From assembly GCA_038046345.1 (NCBI GenBank), contig JBBSWJ010000014.1, positions 1 to 24,540 of the forward strand: 24,540 nucleotides of DNA, in the 5' to 3' direction. Position 1 is the first letter of the stretch, and every line of letters begins with the position of its first letter. This DNA comes from Nanobdellota archaeon. Lineage in GTDB: Archaea; Nanobdellota; Nanobdellia; SCGC-AAA011-G17; JACPNG01. The translations under genes and the position numbers were made by a program. This document shows, piece by piece, positions 15,225 through 24,540 of this stretch. The notes under the pieces were generated by a model. That model made no database searches. It was not told where the DNA came from and worked only from the letters and a program-made list of their open reading frames with translations.

Positions 15225-15528
15225 TGCTGATTCTTATCAAGAAGAGTTTATTAAAACATTAAGGGTTAGCGGAAGTAAAATAGCTGTGTCTGGAACGGTT
15301 ATTAGCAATAATGAAACTTATTTAGTGTTGGATGATGGCAGTGGTAATATAACAATTTTAGTGAATAATATACCGATCCCTAATGGAGATTACCTACGTG
15401 TTTTTGGGAGGGTTATGCCTGGAGAAGATGGTATGTATTTTCAAGCAGATGTAATTCAGTCGCTATCAAAGATTGATAAGCATGCCCATAAAAAAATAAA
15501 AGAAAAGATACATGATCTATTACAGTAA
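15217..15528 (+). CDS. Small OB-fold protein, RPA small-subunit-like; start moved from 15073 to ATG 15217
   Basis: IAVSGTV...LVLDDGSG.I...G.YLRVFGRV....QADVIQ. It lies between tfs and pcn. The longer ORF call overlaps tfs by 150 nt. Confidence 0.65.
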   Translation: MNNADSYQEEFIKTLRVSGSKIAVSGTVISNNETYLVLDDGSGNITILVNNIPIPNGDYLRVFGRVMPGEDGMYFQADVIQSLSKIDKHAHKKIKEKIHDLLQ

Positions 15529-15560
15529 TTCATATAAATTAACCTGAGCCTAAGTAGCAG

Positions 15561-16304
15561 ATGAAATTAGTTTTAGCGGAACCAAGGCTACTAAAAGAAA
15601 GTGTGAGTATTATATCTGAATTAGTTAATGAAGTAACATTTGTAGTTGATAGTAATGCAATAGAATTAAAGGCTATGGATCCAGCAAAGGTTTCAATGAT
15701 AGTGTTTAAACTATTAAGCTCAGCATTTGTGGAATATGAGGTAGAAAATGAAACTAAAATATCTGTTTCTTTGGAAGGATTAAACCAGATATTAAAGAGG
15801 GCAAAACCTAGCGATACTCTGCACTTAGAGATGGATAATAAAAAAAACCAGCTGATCATAAAACTAAAAGGGGAGAGCTCAAGAACTTTTAAATTAACTT
15901 TGTTGGATTACGATGAAAAAGAACATACCTTACCTAACTTAAAGTTTGGAGCGAAAATAGAAATGCCATCAAGTGTTTTTTATGAGGCAATAGATGATAT
16001 GGGGGTAGTAGCAGAATCTGTAGCTTTCAAATCAGATAAAACCCAATTTGTAATCGAAGCAGAAAGTAAATTAAATTCTGCAATAGTAAAGGTTACAGGC
16101 AATGATGAAACAACCATTGAATGTGGTGATGATGTTGTCTCAAAGTACTCGTTAGAATACTTAAAAAAAATAGTAAAAGGATCAAAGCTAGCTGAAAATG
16201 TTGTTATACAGTTTGGAAATGAATATCCATTGAGAGCAGATTTTAAGGTCATGGACAAATTAAGCATGATGTTCATACTTGCACCGAGAGTAATTGATGA
16301 ATAA
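15561..16304 (+). CDS. pcn: PCNA, DNA polymerase sliding clamp
   Basis: AMDPAKVSM, F.EY, SKYSLEYL, G.EYPL, LAPR; 247 aa. Confidence 0.97.
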   Translation: MKLVLAEPRLLKESVSIISELVNEVTFVVDSNAIELKAMDPAKVSMIVFKLLSSAFVEYEVENETKISVSLEGLNQILKRAKPSDTLHLEMDNKKNQLIIKLKGESSRTFKLTLLDYDEKEHTLPNLKFGAKIEMPSSVFYEAIDDMGVVAESVAFKSDKTQFVIEAESKLNSAIVKVTGNDETTIECGDDVVSKYSLEYLKKIVKGSKLAENVVIQFGNEYPLRADFKVMDKLSMMFILAPRVIDE

Positions 16305-16416
16305 TTTTCTGAATATATTGTTTTCGTTAAAATAAAGTATGCCTTATAGAAAAAATATCTTTTTTTGCTGGTGAAAACCTTAAATAAAACAAGCCACCAT
16401 TAAAATATTAAAAAAG

Positions 16417-19400
16417 GTGATAATGTTGCTGATTAGAACAAAATCAATACTACAAATTTATCTGGTAATAACTATCATAATAATAAGCTCTCTTAATACT
16501 GTATCTGCAGAGCAGACAGGATGTTGTGAAGAAACAGCTTCTGGAGATACATGTTTAGCTACCACCCAGGAGAATTGTAAAGGTAAGTACCAGCTTGGTG
16601 TGCAGTGTGAAGATACAAATGTTTGTAATGTAGGATGCTGTTTAGTAAATAATCAATGCGCCAGCCAAACAGGACAATATTCATGTACACAGCAGGGCGG
16701 AGCTTATTTTGATGCTGAGTGCTCAGGAATAAAAGCATGCCAAGAAGGATGCTGCCAGATAGGAGATAATTTTTTTTTAGCGTCACAACAACAATGCATG
16801 GAGATAACAAGAAATGAAGGCCTAAAAGAAATAACTTTTTTCCCTGAAATAATCGATGAGTTTAGTTGTCTAGAACAAAAGAAAGGCTTAGATGAAGGAT
16901 GCTGTGCAAGCGGAGATATTTGTGCTTATACCACAAGAGAATTATGCGGAGAAGGAATCTTTGAAGAAAAAAAGTGCAGTGATATAGCATTATGCGCATG
17001 CGATGCAAAAGCGTATACTGGATGTGTAGATGAAGATGTATATTATTTTGATAGCTGCGGGAATAAAGAAGAGTTAGCAGAAGATTGTGATTATAATTCC
17101 GGAACTATTTGCAGTGAAGACAAGGAGAATGTACAATGTGTAAGCGTAAATTGTAAACAAACTCTAGACAGGAAAACATTATGGGGCGATGACGTAAGAG
17201 ATAATGATGGTGGCCCAAGAAAGAATGGAGAAAGCTGGTGTCAGTATGATGGTGCTGTTGGTGTTGGAAATGACCTAGTAGGAAGCAGGCATTACAGGCA
17301 TATGTGCGTGAATGGCAAAGAATTAGTTGAACCATGTAAAGATTATAGAGAAGAGTACTGTATTGAAGGAGAAGTAGAGTTTGATGGCGGTGAGGTGTAT
17401 AATCAAGCAAGGTGTATAACAAATAGCTGGGAAGATTGTACAACTGAATGCAATAGCGCTAAAGGGCTGAATGGAAATCAAAGAGATGCAGCTCTTCAAA
17501 AAGATAAAGTTTGTTGTGAAAATCCAGAGAGGAGTTGTTTGTGGAAGGGGGTACTATCATCAGAACTTGAAGCAGCCGCCCAAGCAGGATTAAGAGATCT
17601 TTGCGAAGATCCAGAAACAGGAGAACCGATACCATGTGCAACAATCAGGTCAGCAGAAGATGAAGGGGTCTGTATACCATTAGTACCACCAGGATTAGTG
17701 TTCTGGGAAGAAGATAATGATGGAACGCAGGAACCATCAGCAGATATTGTAGAATTTTGTGATGCAGGAACAAATAGCTGTGAAGTTTTTTTTACAAAAT
17801 CAGTAATGACCGGATATGAATGGGACTGCGCTGGAAACTGTGCATGTTTAGAACCAGAAAACTTCTATGTACCAACACAATCAGCATGTAATGCGTATGG
17901 TGATTGCGGAGTATTTTATAATGTTGCAGGAAAATTAAGCAGTGATGGATATGATTGCTCAACAAGTGATGGATTATGTTATGGAAACATACATGGTTAT
18001 GATTATGACTTTGATTCAATTGATTGGGATCGAGCACTTGGAGGGATTGGTGCATATAGTAAAGCTACACCACTCTCTTTTGGGACTGTAAACCTGGATA
18101 ATAATGTACTAAAATCTATGAAGCTTACTAGTGTTGCATTAGGTGGTGCATTTCTTGTAGGGGCCGTCGCGCTTTATTCAGCGGCAACAGCCCCAGCAGG
18201 CACTAGTGGGATACTTATATCAATAGGAACAAGTCTTGCATCAGCATGTGCAACAACAGCAGCATTCAGTTTTGGTATTCCATGTTTGATAGAAGGTATT
18301 GTAGCTGCAATTATAATAGCAACATTAGCAATACTATCATTTACAGAAGACTCAGACACTTTAGAAATAACAGCAACATGCGCACCATGGCAAGCACCAA
18401 GAGGATCAGAAGATTGTGAGCTATGCAGAGACTCAGAAATATTTGAAAAATTAGGATATGACACATGCAGTGAGTATAGATGTAAATCATTAGGAACAGC
18501 ATGCAAATATGTACAAGAAAATGAAGGAAGCCCAAGAAATCCTTGTTTAGCAAGCAATAGAAATGATGTTTCAGCACCAATAATAAATCCGTATCCGGAA
18601 GTTTTAACAGAAGGTTATAGCATAGAAGAGTATACTAATGGATATGAAATAACACCGATAGTAGATCCGTTTAATCTATTAACATTTGGAATAATAACAG
18701 ATGAACCAGCACAATGCAAGTTCTCAACAACTCCGGGAGTTAAATATGAAGAGATGCCAGCAGATTTTGGAGAGTCATACTTTTCAGAAGAACATGCATT
18801 AAAAATAAATCCAACACCAACAATATTCAATGAATACTATGTAAGATGCGAAGACATAAATGGAAGATCAAATGATGTTGATTATAAAATAGAATTCAGA
18901 GCAGATGACGCACCAGATCTGACACCCCCTATACTATTAGAAACATCAGTTATTAGCGGAGCAAGTGTATTAGCCGGAGTAGAACAATTAGTGGAATTTG
19001 AATTAAATGAACCATCAACATGCACATATGGAACAAATTCAATGCAATGCACGCATCAATCCGGAGAAGCATCATCATTAGCAAAATATGTATGCAAAGC
19101 AAGACTGCAAGTAACAGAAGGAATAAATGAATATAACATAACATGCCAAGACTTTGCTGGAAATAAAAATGCACAATCATACCTTTATGTGTTAGAAGGA
19201 GTGGAAGGAATAACAATAGAATCATTAGGACCAGAAGGAGAGCTTGAAACAAATTTAGTAACATTAGAAATAATAACATCAGGAGCAGCAATATGCAAAT
19301 ATACTTATCAAGGCGAGAAGCAATTTGAAATAACTGGAGAGACTGTACATAATTCAGAATTACCACAATTACAAAAAGGAACATATAATATTCCTGTAAG

Positions 19401-19692
19401 CTGCGAAGATGGTATAGGAACAGTTGTAATAAGTAAAATAAGTTTTATAATAACAAAGGATGATACAGCACCAAAAGTAATGCATTTATTTACAAATGCA
19501 GGAAACCTAATAATAGAAACTGATGAATATTCAATATGTAAATATTCTGATGATGCGTTTGATTTTCAAGATGGAACATTGTTAGATGGAACAGAAAAAG
19601 AACATTCATTAGTTATCTCAGAAGGAAGATATCACATTATTTGTGAAGATGCTTCAGGAAATCTTATGGATGAAATAGTTGTTTACCCATAA
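16417..19692 (+). CDS. Giant secreted Cys-rich protein A with central hydrophobic segments and C-terminal Ig-like repeats
   Basis: Signal peptide ending VSA-EQ; GCC repeats; RKNGESWCQYD...GSRHYRH.C; hydrophobic block at about 18124-18345; PWQAP.G...CE.C; D..PP.I/APKV Ig-like modules. The start could be GTG 16417 or ATG 16423. Confidence 0.85.
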   Translation: MIMLLIRTKSILQIYLVITIIIISSLNTVSAEQTGCCEETASGDTCLATTQENCKGKYQLGVQCEDTNVCNVGCCLVNNQCASQTGQYSCTQQGGAYFDAECSGIKACQEGCCQIGDNFFLASQQQCMEITRNEGLKEITFFPEIIDEFSCLEQKKGLDEGCCASGDICAYTTRELCGEGIFEEKKCSDIALCACDAKAYTGCVDEDVYYFDSCGNKEELAEDCDYNSGTICSEDKENVQCVSVNCKQTLDRKTLWGDDVRDNDGGPRKNGESWCQYDGAVGVGNDLVGSRHYRHMCVNGKELVEPCKDYREEYCIEGEVEFDGGEVYNQARCITNSWEDCTTECNSAKGLNGNQRDAALQKDKVCCENPERSCLWKGVLSSELEAAAQAGLRDLCEDPETGEPIPCATIRSAEDEGVCIPLVPPGLVFWEEDNDGTQEPSADIVEFCDAGTNSCEVFFTKSVMTGYEWDCAGNCACLEPENFYVPTQSACNAYGDCGVFYNVAGKLSSDGYDCSTSDGLCYGNIHGYDYDFDSIDWDRALGGIGAYSKATPLSFGTVNLDNNVLKSMKLTSVALGGAFLVGAVALYSAATAPAGTSGILISIGTSLASACATTAAFSFGIPCLIEGIVAAIIIATLAILSFTEDSDTLEITATCAPWQAPRGSEDCELCRDSEIFEKLGYDTCSEYRCKSLGTACKYVQENEGSPRNPCLASNRNDVSAPIINPYPEVLTEGYSIEEYTNGYEITPIVDPFNLLTFGIITDEPAQCKFSTTPGVKYEEMPADFGESYFSEEHALKINPTPTIFNEYYVRCEDINGRSNDVDYKIEFRADDAPDLTPPILLETSVISGASVLAGVEQLVEFELNEPSTCTYGTNSMQCTHQSGEASSLAKYVCKARLQVTEGINEYNITCQDFAGNKNAQSYLYVLEGVEGITIESLGPEGELETNLVTLEIITSGAAICKYTYQGEKQFEITGETVHNSELPQLQKGTYNIPVSCEDGIGTVVISKISFIITKDDTAPKVMHLFTNAGNLIIETDEYSICKYSDDAFDFQDGTLLDGTEKEHSLVISEGRYHIICEDASGNLMDEIVVYP

Positions 19693-19726
19693 AGTATTTA
19701 AAGAATAAGTGAAACAAACTAATATC

Positions 19727-20497
19727 ATGGAAAAAAGAGGGCAGGCTACAGTTTTCGTGGCTGTTGGAATAGTAATTGTGGTAGTTGTCGCGCTTATTTT
19801 ATACGGAAGACAAACTATTTTTTTGCCAGGAACACCGGACTCTTTGTCAAAAGTACTTGATGATGTAAACGAACATATAGTAGACTGTATAGGAGAGGTG
19901 AGTGAGAAACCAATAATACAAATAGGATTACAGGGTGGGTATCTAAATCCTGGTGTGGATACGTTTAGGCTACATAATGATACCAGGATAAGTTATTTGT
20001 GCTATAACATGGAGAATAGTGAATCATGCAGAAACAGATTATTATTAGTACAGAGTATGGAAGAAGAATTAAATGCAGCATTACAACCACAAATAATTTC
20101 ATGTGTGGGCAACATAAAAGACTTTGGAAAATTAAGACCTATTACAATTGAAGTACCTGAACAGTTTAAAGTTGCAACAAACATACTGCAAGATAATGTT
20201 GTTGTAGCAGTGGAGTATCCTGTTATTATAAAATCGGATAAAACTACTAATCAAGTACAGAGAAAAACTTTTGAAAAAATATTTGAAATACCATTAGGAG
20301 ACTTATACTTAGTAGTACAAGATGTGTTGGAACAAGAAATAACATTTGGGGACTTTGATCCATTATTGTACATGCTGTCAAAAAAAGGAGAGTATACCAT
20401 CATAAAAACTAGGCCATACCCAGATAAGTTATATGCTATATCTAGAAATGATAATGATTACCAGCTCCAATTTTTTATACAAGGACAACCAGGATGA
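19727..20497 (+). CDS. Archaeal type IV pilin-like protein (class III signal peptide)
   Basis: MEKRG|QATVFVAVGIVIVVVVALILY: basic residues plus GQ cleavage site and a hydrophobic helix, followed by a helix, GGY and Cys pairs. TATTTAAA lies about 25 nt upstream of ATG 19727. Confidence 0.8.
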   Translation: MEKRGQATVFVAVGIVIVVVVALILYGRQTIFLPGTPDSLSKVLDDVNEHIVDCIGEVSEKPIIQIGLQGGYLNPGVDTFRLHNDTRISYLCYNMENSESCRNRLLLVQSMEEELNAALQPQIISCVGNIKDFGKLRPITIEVPEQFKVATNILQDNVVVAVEYPVIIKSDKTTNQVQRKTFEKIFEIPLGDLYLVVQDVLEQEITFGDFDPLLYMLSKKGEYTIIKTRPYPDKLYAISRNDNDYQLQFFIQGQPG

Positions 20498-20555
20498 AAC
20501 TCCAAAAAATTATAAATAACATGGATTTTTTAAATATTCATAAGTTTAATTTCAG

Positions 20556-23500
20556 ATGAAAACACAATATATACTGATAATTGTATTGATTTTGTTAGCT
20601 ATGCCTATATCATTAGGACAAACAGATAGCAAGGCATGCTGTGAATTAACAAGGGCTGGAGATACTTGTGTGTTTACTGACTTCTCAAATTGTGATACTA
20701 ATGGAAGAGTAGCATTTACATCATGTGAACAAACTAATTTTTGCCAGTTAGGATGTTGTTTTTCTTCAGAAGAAGGAAGTTGTTCAAGAAATACTCCAAG
20801 AGCAAGCTGCGAGCAAGCAACAGGAACAAGTTTTGTAAATAATCCAACATGCGATATTGCTGCATGCCAAAGAGGATGCTGTTTGATAGGAGATGAAGCA
20901 TTTTTTGTAACGCAAACACAATGCAAACAAGTAGGAAGCCAATTCCCAGATGCGAATGTCGAGTATAACCCAGCATTAAGCACAGAAGCATCATGCTTAG
21001 AAGCATCAAGAAGTTTAGAGGTGGGTTGTTGTGTAACTGATGACCTTGCAACATTTACAACAAGAGAAAGCTGCAATCAAGGAAATGAAGCCGTTGGAAC
21101 AAATGAAAGTAAAGTAAGCAAATCAGGATTTTACCCAAACATGTTATGCAGCAATGATAGATTACAATCTGGATGCGCAAGACAACACCACACAGAATGC
21201 TACGATGGAAAGGTGTACTGGTTTGATTCATGCGGCAATAGAGAAAATATTTACGATGCAAACAAAGACAAAAGCTACAATCGTGGAATAGTATTAAGCG
21301 TAGAAGAATCATGCATTGCTGGAACAAATGATCCTAGCTGTGGTAATTGTGATTACTTCAAAGGAAATTTATGCGGTGAAGCACCAAGAGATGTTAAACC
21401 TGATAGTGGTGACTTAGCATGTATAAGCTTAGACTGTTCAGATACTGAATCATTTGAGTTCAGCCCAAGCTCTGGAGGAGAAAAAAAGCATGGAGAAAGC
21501 TGGTGCGTATATGATTATCAGCCAGGAGCTGGAAGTGACAGGCCTGGATCAAGGCATTATAGACATTCATGCATAGCAGGAAAAGAAATGGTGGAAGACT
21601 GCAGGGATTATAGAGAAGATATATGCATACAAGGGGTTATAGGGCAGGAAGCATTAATGACGTTAGAAGGTTTAAGAACTAATGGCGGTGATTACGTACA
21701 AGCAGCATGCAGGGATAATAGATGGGAAGAATGTATAAAATTAAGCAATAAAGGAGAATGTGACAATGAAGATTTATTTGACTGTTTCTGGCTTGAAGGA
21801 ACGTTAACTAATATTACAAAACCATTTACCACCAATGTTGGACGAGAAGAAGTTGTAACACCACCTGGTGCATGTGTACCACAAGTACCACCAGGATTAG
21901 TGCACTGGAATGATGAAACAGAGAATGTAGACTTAGGGAAGGAAAATGTACCTGCATTACAAGAAGCAAAAAATCCAATTGGAGATCAACCTGAAAGAGA
22001 TGCAACAGCTATATGCGCAGAAGCAACAAGGGAATGCGTTGTAGTGTATGAACAAGGAGGATGGGAAAAACTATTCGGTGACAAAGGAAAATGCGTAAGT
22101 AATTGTCATTGTGAAAAAAGAGACTGGATACTAGCAGTAGCAGATTACTGCCAAGCACAAGGAGACTGCGGAGCAGATTATAATATCAGAGGGGTTCTAA
22201 CACTTGAAGGATTTAACATTGAAAATCCTAAAAATAGTGATGATAGACTGACAGCTAAAGAAGTAGATAAAAGACCTGACTGCAAAAAAGGTGGATGCAG
22301 GGAATCGAAAGATTTTGATGAGCCAAGTTTCTTTAGCAGACTGGATGATAATAAAGGATGGATTGGATTATTAGGATTAGCAGCAAGTGGAACGTATTCT
22401 AGTTTAGCTGGTGGAGAATTTGTAGCTGGAGTGATAGGCGGACCTGCATATTATGGTCCTGGTTTGTTAAAAGGTGCAGGCATCGTTGCAGAAGAAATTT
22501 TTGGTACATCAGAATCATTAACTAATCTGATCTCACCTACCCATGAAAGTAGTCTTGGGAAACTTTTAAATGTCAAAGCACCAGCAGGTGTAGCAGCAGA
22601 AGCAGCATTAACAACAAAATTAGCAACAGAAGCAGCATTAACAAACGCACTAGCAGTAGCAGTAGACGCAGAAGTGGCATTTAAAGAAGCAACAGCTGCA
22701 GTACTAGACGCGCAAACAGCATTTGCAGAAGAATTATTTTCCACCTCACCAACAGCATTTGAGGAAGCAGGAGTGGCATTAACAAACGCACGAGCAGTAG
22801 CAGTAGACGCAGAAGTGGCATTAACAAACGCACGAGCAGTAGCAGCAAACGCCCAAACAGCATTTGCGGAAGCAGAAGCTGCCAGTACCAAAGGGGTAGA
22901 GTCTGCAGCATTAGGATCTGGTCATATTTTTACTATACTCAACATGGCAGCATGGGCGTACACTATTTATTCATTAGTTGACACTTTCTTTACGGATTAT
23001 GATTCATACACAATAACAACAACATGTTCACCATGGCAAGCACCAAGAGGAGGAAGACTATGTGAAACATGCAATGAACCAGGAAAACCATGTTCAGAAT
23101 ATAAATGCAGAAGCCTAGGACAAACATGCAGATTAATTAATTCAGGAACAAGTGATGAAAGATGCATTAACCTACACCCAAATGACGTAACAGCACCAAA
23201 AATAACACCAAATAAAGATATTTTAACAAAAGGATATCAAGTAAGAGAAATAAATGATGCTTTAGGGTTTGGAGTAGAACCAGATGTAGATCCATTCACA
23301 CCATTACTTGTAGGAATAAATATCAATGAACCAGCAACATGCAAGTATGACCTAAATGCTTCAACATCTTACGACCAAATGAGATATAACTTTGGAGTAA
23401 GCCAATTCCTGTATAACCAATCATTATTAGTAAGCTTCCCAGCGGAATTAGCAAGTGAAGATGCATTAAGAATAACAAATGGCGGAAGATACAATTTATA

Positions 23501-24413
23501 TGTAAAATGCCAAGATGCATCAGGAAACAAAAACGATAAAGATTATCTAATAAGATTCAAAATAAAACCAGGACCGGACCTAACACCACCAATAATAGAA
23601 GCAACAAGTATACCTGATGGAGGAAGCATAATAGCTGGAGTAGACAGCACCGGATTCAGCTTATTCTTAAATGAACCAGCAACATGCAAGTACGGAACAA
23701 ATGATTTAGTATATGAAGAATTACAAAACGAATTCTCATGCACAAAATCAGGATTCCAAACAGTAAGCAATTTCTTAAGCGCATACGAATGTACAACAGA
23801 ACTAGAAAACATAATAGAAGGAGAAAATAATTACTATTTTAGATGCAAAGACAAAGCAGGAAATGTAAACGAAGAAGGAATTAAGTTTAAACTATTTGGA
23901 ACAAAACCATTAGAAATATTAAGCTTCAGCCCTGACAGAGAAGAATTTGCAATAACAAATGTAACATTACAAGCAGAAACAGGAGTCGGAGCTGAAAATG
24001 GAAACGCAGTATGCGGTTATACTCTTGGTGGTGTAACATTTGAGTTTGCAAGCACTGGAGGAACAACACATACAGAACAATTAAGCGGCTTAGCAAGCGG
24101 GGAGTACACAATACCAGTAATATGTAATGATATAGCTGGAAACGAAGCAAAAGTTGTAATGTCTTTTGTGATAAGAAGAGATGAGTTTCCACCAGTACTA
24201 ACACAAGTTTTTAGCAGTGACGGGATATTGCATATTGAAACCAATGAAGAAACAATATGCGAAGTATCTGATAGAACTTTCGAGTTTGGAAGCGGAATAG
24301 CAATGACTGGTGATGGAACAAAAGAACATGAGGCAGTAATTGAAGGAGAAAGCTTGTACATATTATGCCAAGATATCTTTGAGAATGAATTGAGAATAAC
24401 TGTGTTTCCTTGA
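20556..24413 (+). CDS. Giant secreted Cys-rich protein B, paralog of 16417-19692, with an Ala-rich coiled-coil insert
   Basis: It has the same ordered modules as protein A (ACCE, GCC repeats, KKHGESWC.YD...GSRHYRH.C, VPPGLV.W, A.GDCG..YN..G, PWQAPRGG..CE.C, PDLTPPII). Confidence 0.85.
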   Translation: MKTQYILIIVLILLAMPISLGQTDSKACCELTRAGDTCVFTDFSNCDTNGRVAFTSCEQTNFCQLGCCFSSEEGSCSRNTPRASCEQATGTSFVNNPTCDIAACQRGCCLIGDEAFFVTQTQCKQVGSQFPDANVEYNPALSTEASCLEASRSLEVGCCVTDDLATFTTRESCNQGNEAVGTNESKVSKSGFYPNMLCSNDRLQSGCARQHHTECYDGKVYWFDSCGNRENIYDANKDKSYNRGIVLSVEESCIAGTNDPSCGNCDYFKGNLCGEAPRDVKPDSGDLACISLDCSDTESFEFSPSSGGEKKHGESWCVYDYQPGAGSDRPGSRHYRHSCIAGKEMVEDCRDYREDICIQGVIGQEALMTLEGLRTNGGDYVQAACRDNRWEECIKLSNKGECDNEDLFDCFWLEGTLTNITKPFTTNVGREEVVTPPGACVPQVPPGLVHWNDETENVDLGKENVPALQEAKNPIGDQPERDATAICAEATRECVVVYEQGGWEKLFGDKGKCVSNCHCEKRDWILAVADYCQAQGDCGADYNIRGVLTLEGFNIENPKNSDDRLTAKEVDKRPDCKKGGCRESKDFDEPSFFSRLDDNKGWIGLLGLAASGTYSSLAGGEFVAGVIGGPAYYGPGLLKGAGIVAEEIFGTSESLTNLISPTHESSLGKLLNVKAPAGVAAEAALTTKLATEAALTNALAVAVDAEVAFKEATAAVLDAQTAFAEELFSTSPTAFEEAGVALTNARAVAVDAEVALTNARAVAANAQTAFAEAEAASTKGVESAALGSGHIFTILNMAAWAYTIYSLVDTFFTDYDSYTITTTCSPWQAPRGGRLCETCNEPGKPCSEYKCRSLGQTCRLINSGTSDERCINLHPNDVTAPKITPNKDILTKGYQVREINDALGFGVEPDVDPFTPLLVGININEPATCKYDLNASTSYDQMRYNFGVSQFLYNQSLLVSFPAELASEDALRITNGGRYNLYVKCQDASGNKNDKDYLIRFKIKPGPDLTPPIIEATSIPDGGSIIAGVDSTGFSLFLNEPATCKYGTNDLVYEELQNEFSCTKSGFQTVSNFLSAYECTTELENIIEGENNYYFRCKDKAGNVNEEGIKFKLFGTKPLEILSFSPDREEFAITNVTLQAETGVGAENGNAVCGYTLGGVTFEFASTGGTTHTEQLSGLASGEYTIPVICNDIAGNEAKVVMSFVIRRDEFPPVLTQVFSSDGILHIETNEETICEVSDRTFEFGSGIAMTGDGTKEHEAVIEGESLYILCQDIFENELRITVFP
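22591..22870 (+). repeat. Intragenic near-identical tandem repeats encoding Ala-rich 10- and 14-residue units
   Basis: tagca(g/a)cagaagcagcattaacaa at 22591 and 22621 (period 30). agtggcattaacaaacgcacgagcagtagcag at 22772 and 22814 (period 42). A 47-nt block at 22635 and 22776 has one mismatch. Confidence 0.9.
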
Positions 24414-24467
24414 GAAGGGATATATTTATAAATAAGTGTTACTTTAAGTAGTATGGAGGTAATACTT

Positions 24468-24540
24468 ATGGAATTTAAGAAAATAACAATATCCCTGCCT
24501 AAGAGCTTGTATGAAGAAGGAATGAACCTTGTTAATAAGG
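24468..24540 (+). CDS. Ribbon-helix-helix (CopG-like) regulator, N-terminus only
   Basis: MEFKKITISLPKSLYEEGMNLVNK has an alternating beta-strand plus helix. GGAGGT SD at 24455-24460 and TTTATAAATA at 24425-24434. An in-frame ATG at 24453 is an alternative start. Confidence 0.6.
   Translation, partial: MEFKKITISLPKSLYEEGMNLVNK

Noticed and set aside
16559-24361. Numerous minus-strand ORFs inside the giant Cys-rich genes, plus other overlapping ORFs (e.g. 988-1290, 3840-4139, 12235-12507, 15539-15859)
   Set aside because: These are shadow frames of well-supported genes, with low-complexity Leu/His/Phe-rich translations caused by codon bias and no family motifs.
1883-24413. Apparent shift from T-ending codons (left) to A-ending codons (right) as a replication origin or terminus skew switch
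   Set aside because: Judged by eye only. The minus-strand SPFH gene on the left is also T-ending, which does not fit a simple strand skew, and no cdc6 or ORB elements were seen. A cumulative third-position skew plot on the whole contig would be needed.

Overview
AT-rich archaeal DNA, most consistent with a DPANN lineage such as Woesearchaeota or Pacearchaeota. The basis is the archaeal informational genes (PCNA, RpoL, TFS, aMBF1, Sec11), the BRE/TATA promoters and a KRGQ-type class III pilin; the taxonomy is inferred, not searched. The window has four parts. (1) 1-3.7 kb is an accessory island: a Zn-ribbon/HTH/DDE transposase missed by the ORF track, a full-length fused CapRel-like toxSAS with its C-terminal YxxY motif, an AbrB-like regulator, two paralogous membrane-anchored proteins, a protein with a 177-bp perfect internal duplication, and an IS481-type right-end remnant. 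The transposase and AbrB promoters share a paired operator-like box at identical spacing from their ATGs. (2) 3.7-10.9 kb is an envelope/glycosylation block: SPFH, ScpB, two AglB/STT3-like GT-C proteins lacking WWDYG, a processive GT2 and a CxxC thioredoxin-fold protein. It is interrupted by an inverted-repeat-flanked HExxE gene next to a GC-rich mini-hairpin cluster. (3) 10.9-16.3 kb is housekeeping: MBF1, METTL5-like methyltransferase, RpoL, AMMECR1, TrxB, Sec11, TFS, a small RPA-like OB protein and PCNA. (4) 16.4-24.4 kb is an uncharacterised surface system: two giant paralogous Cys-rich secreted proteins, each with a variable central hydrophobic insert, flanking a type IV pilin-like gene. 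No rRNA, tRNA or CRISPR array was recognised.
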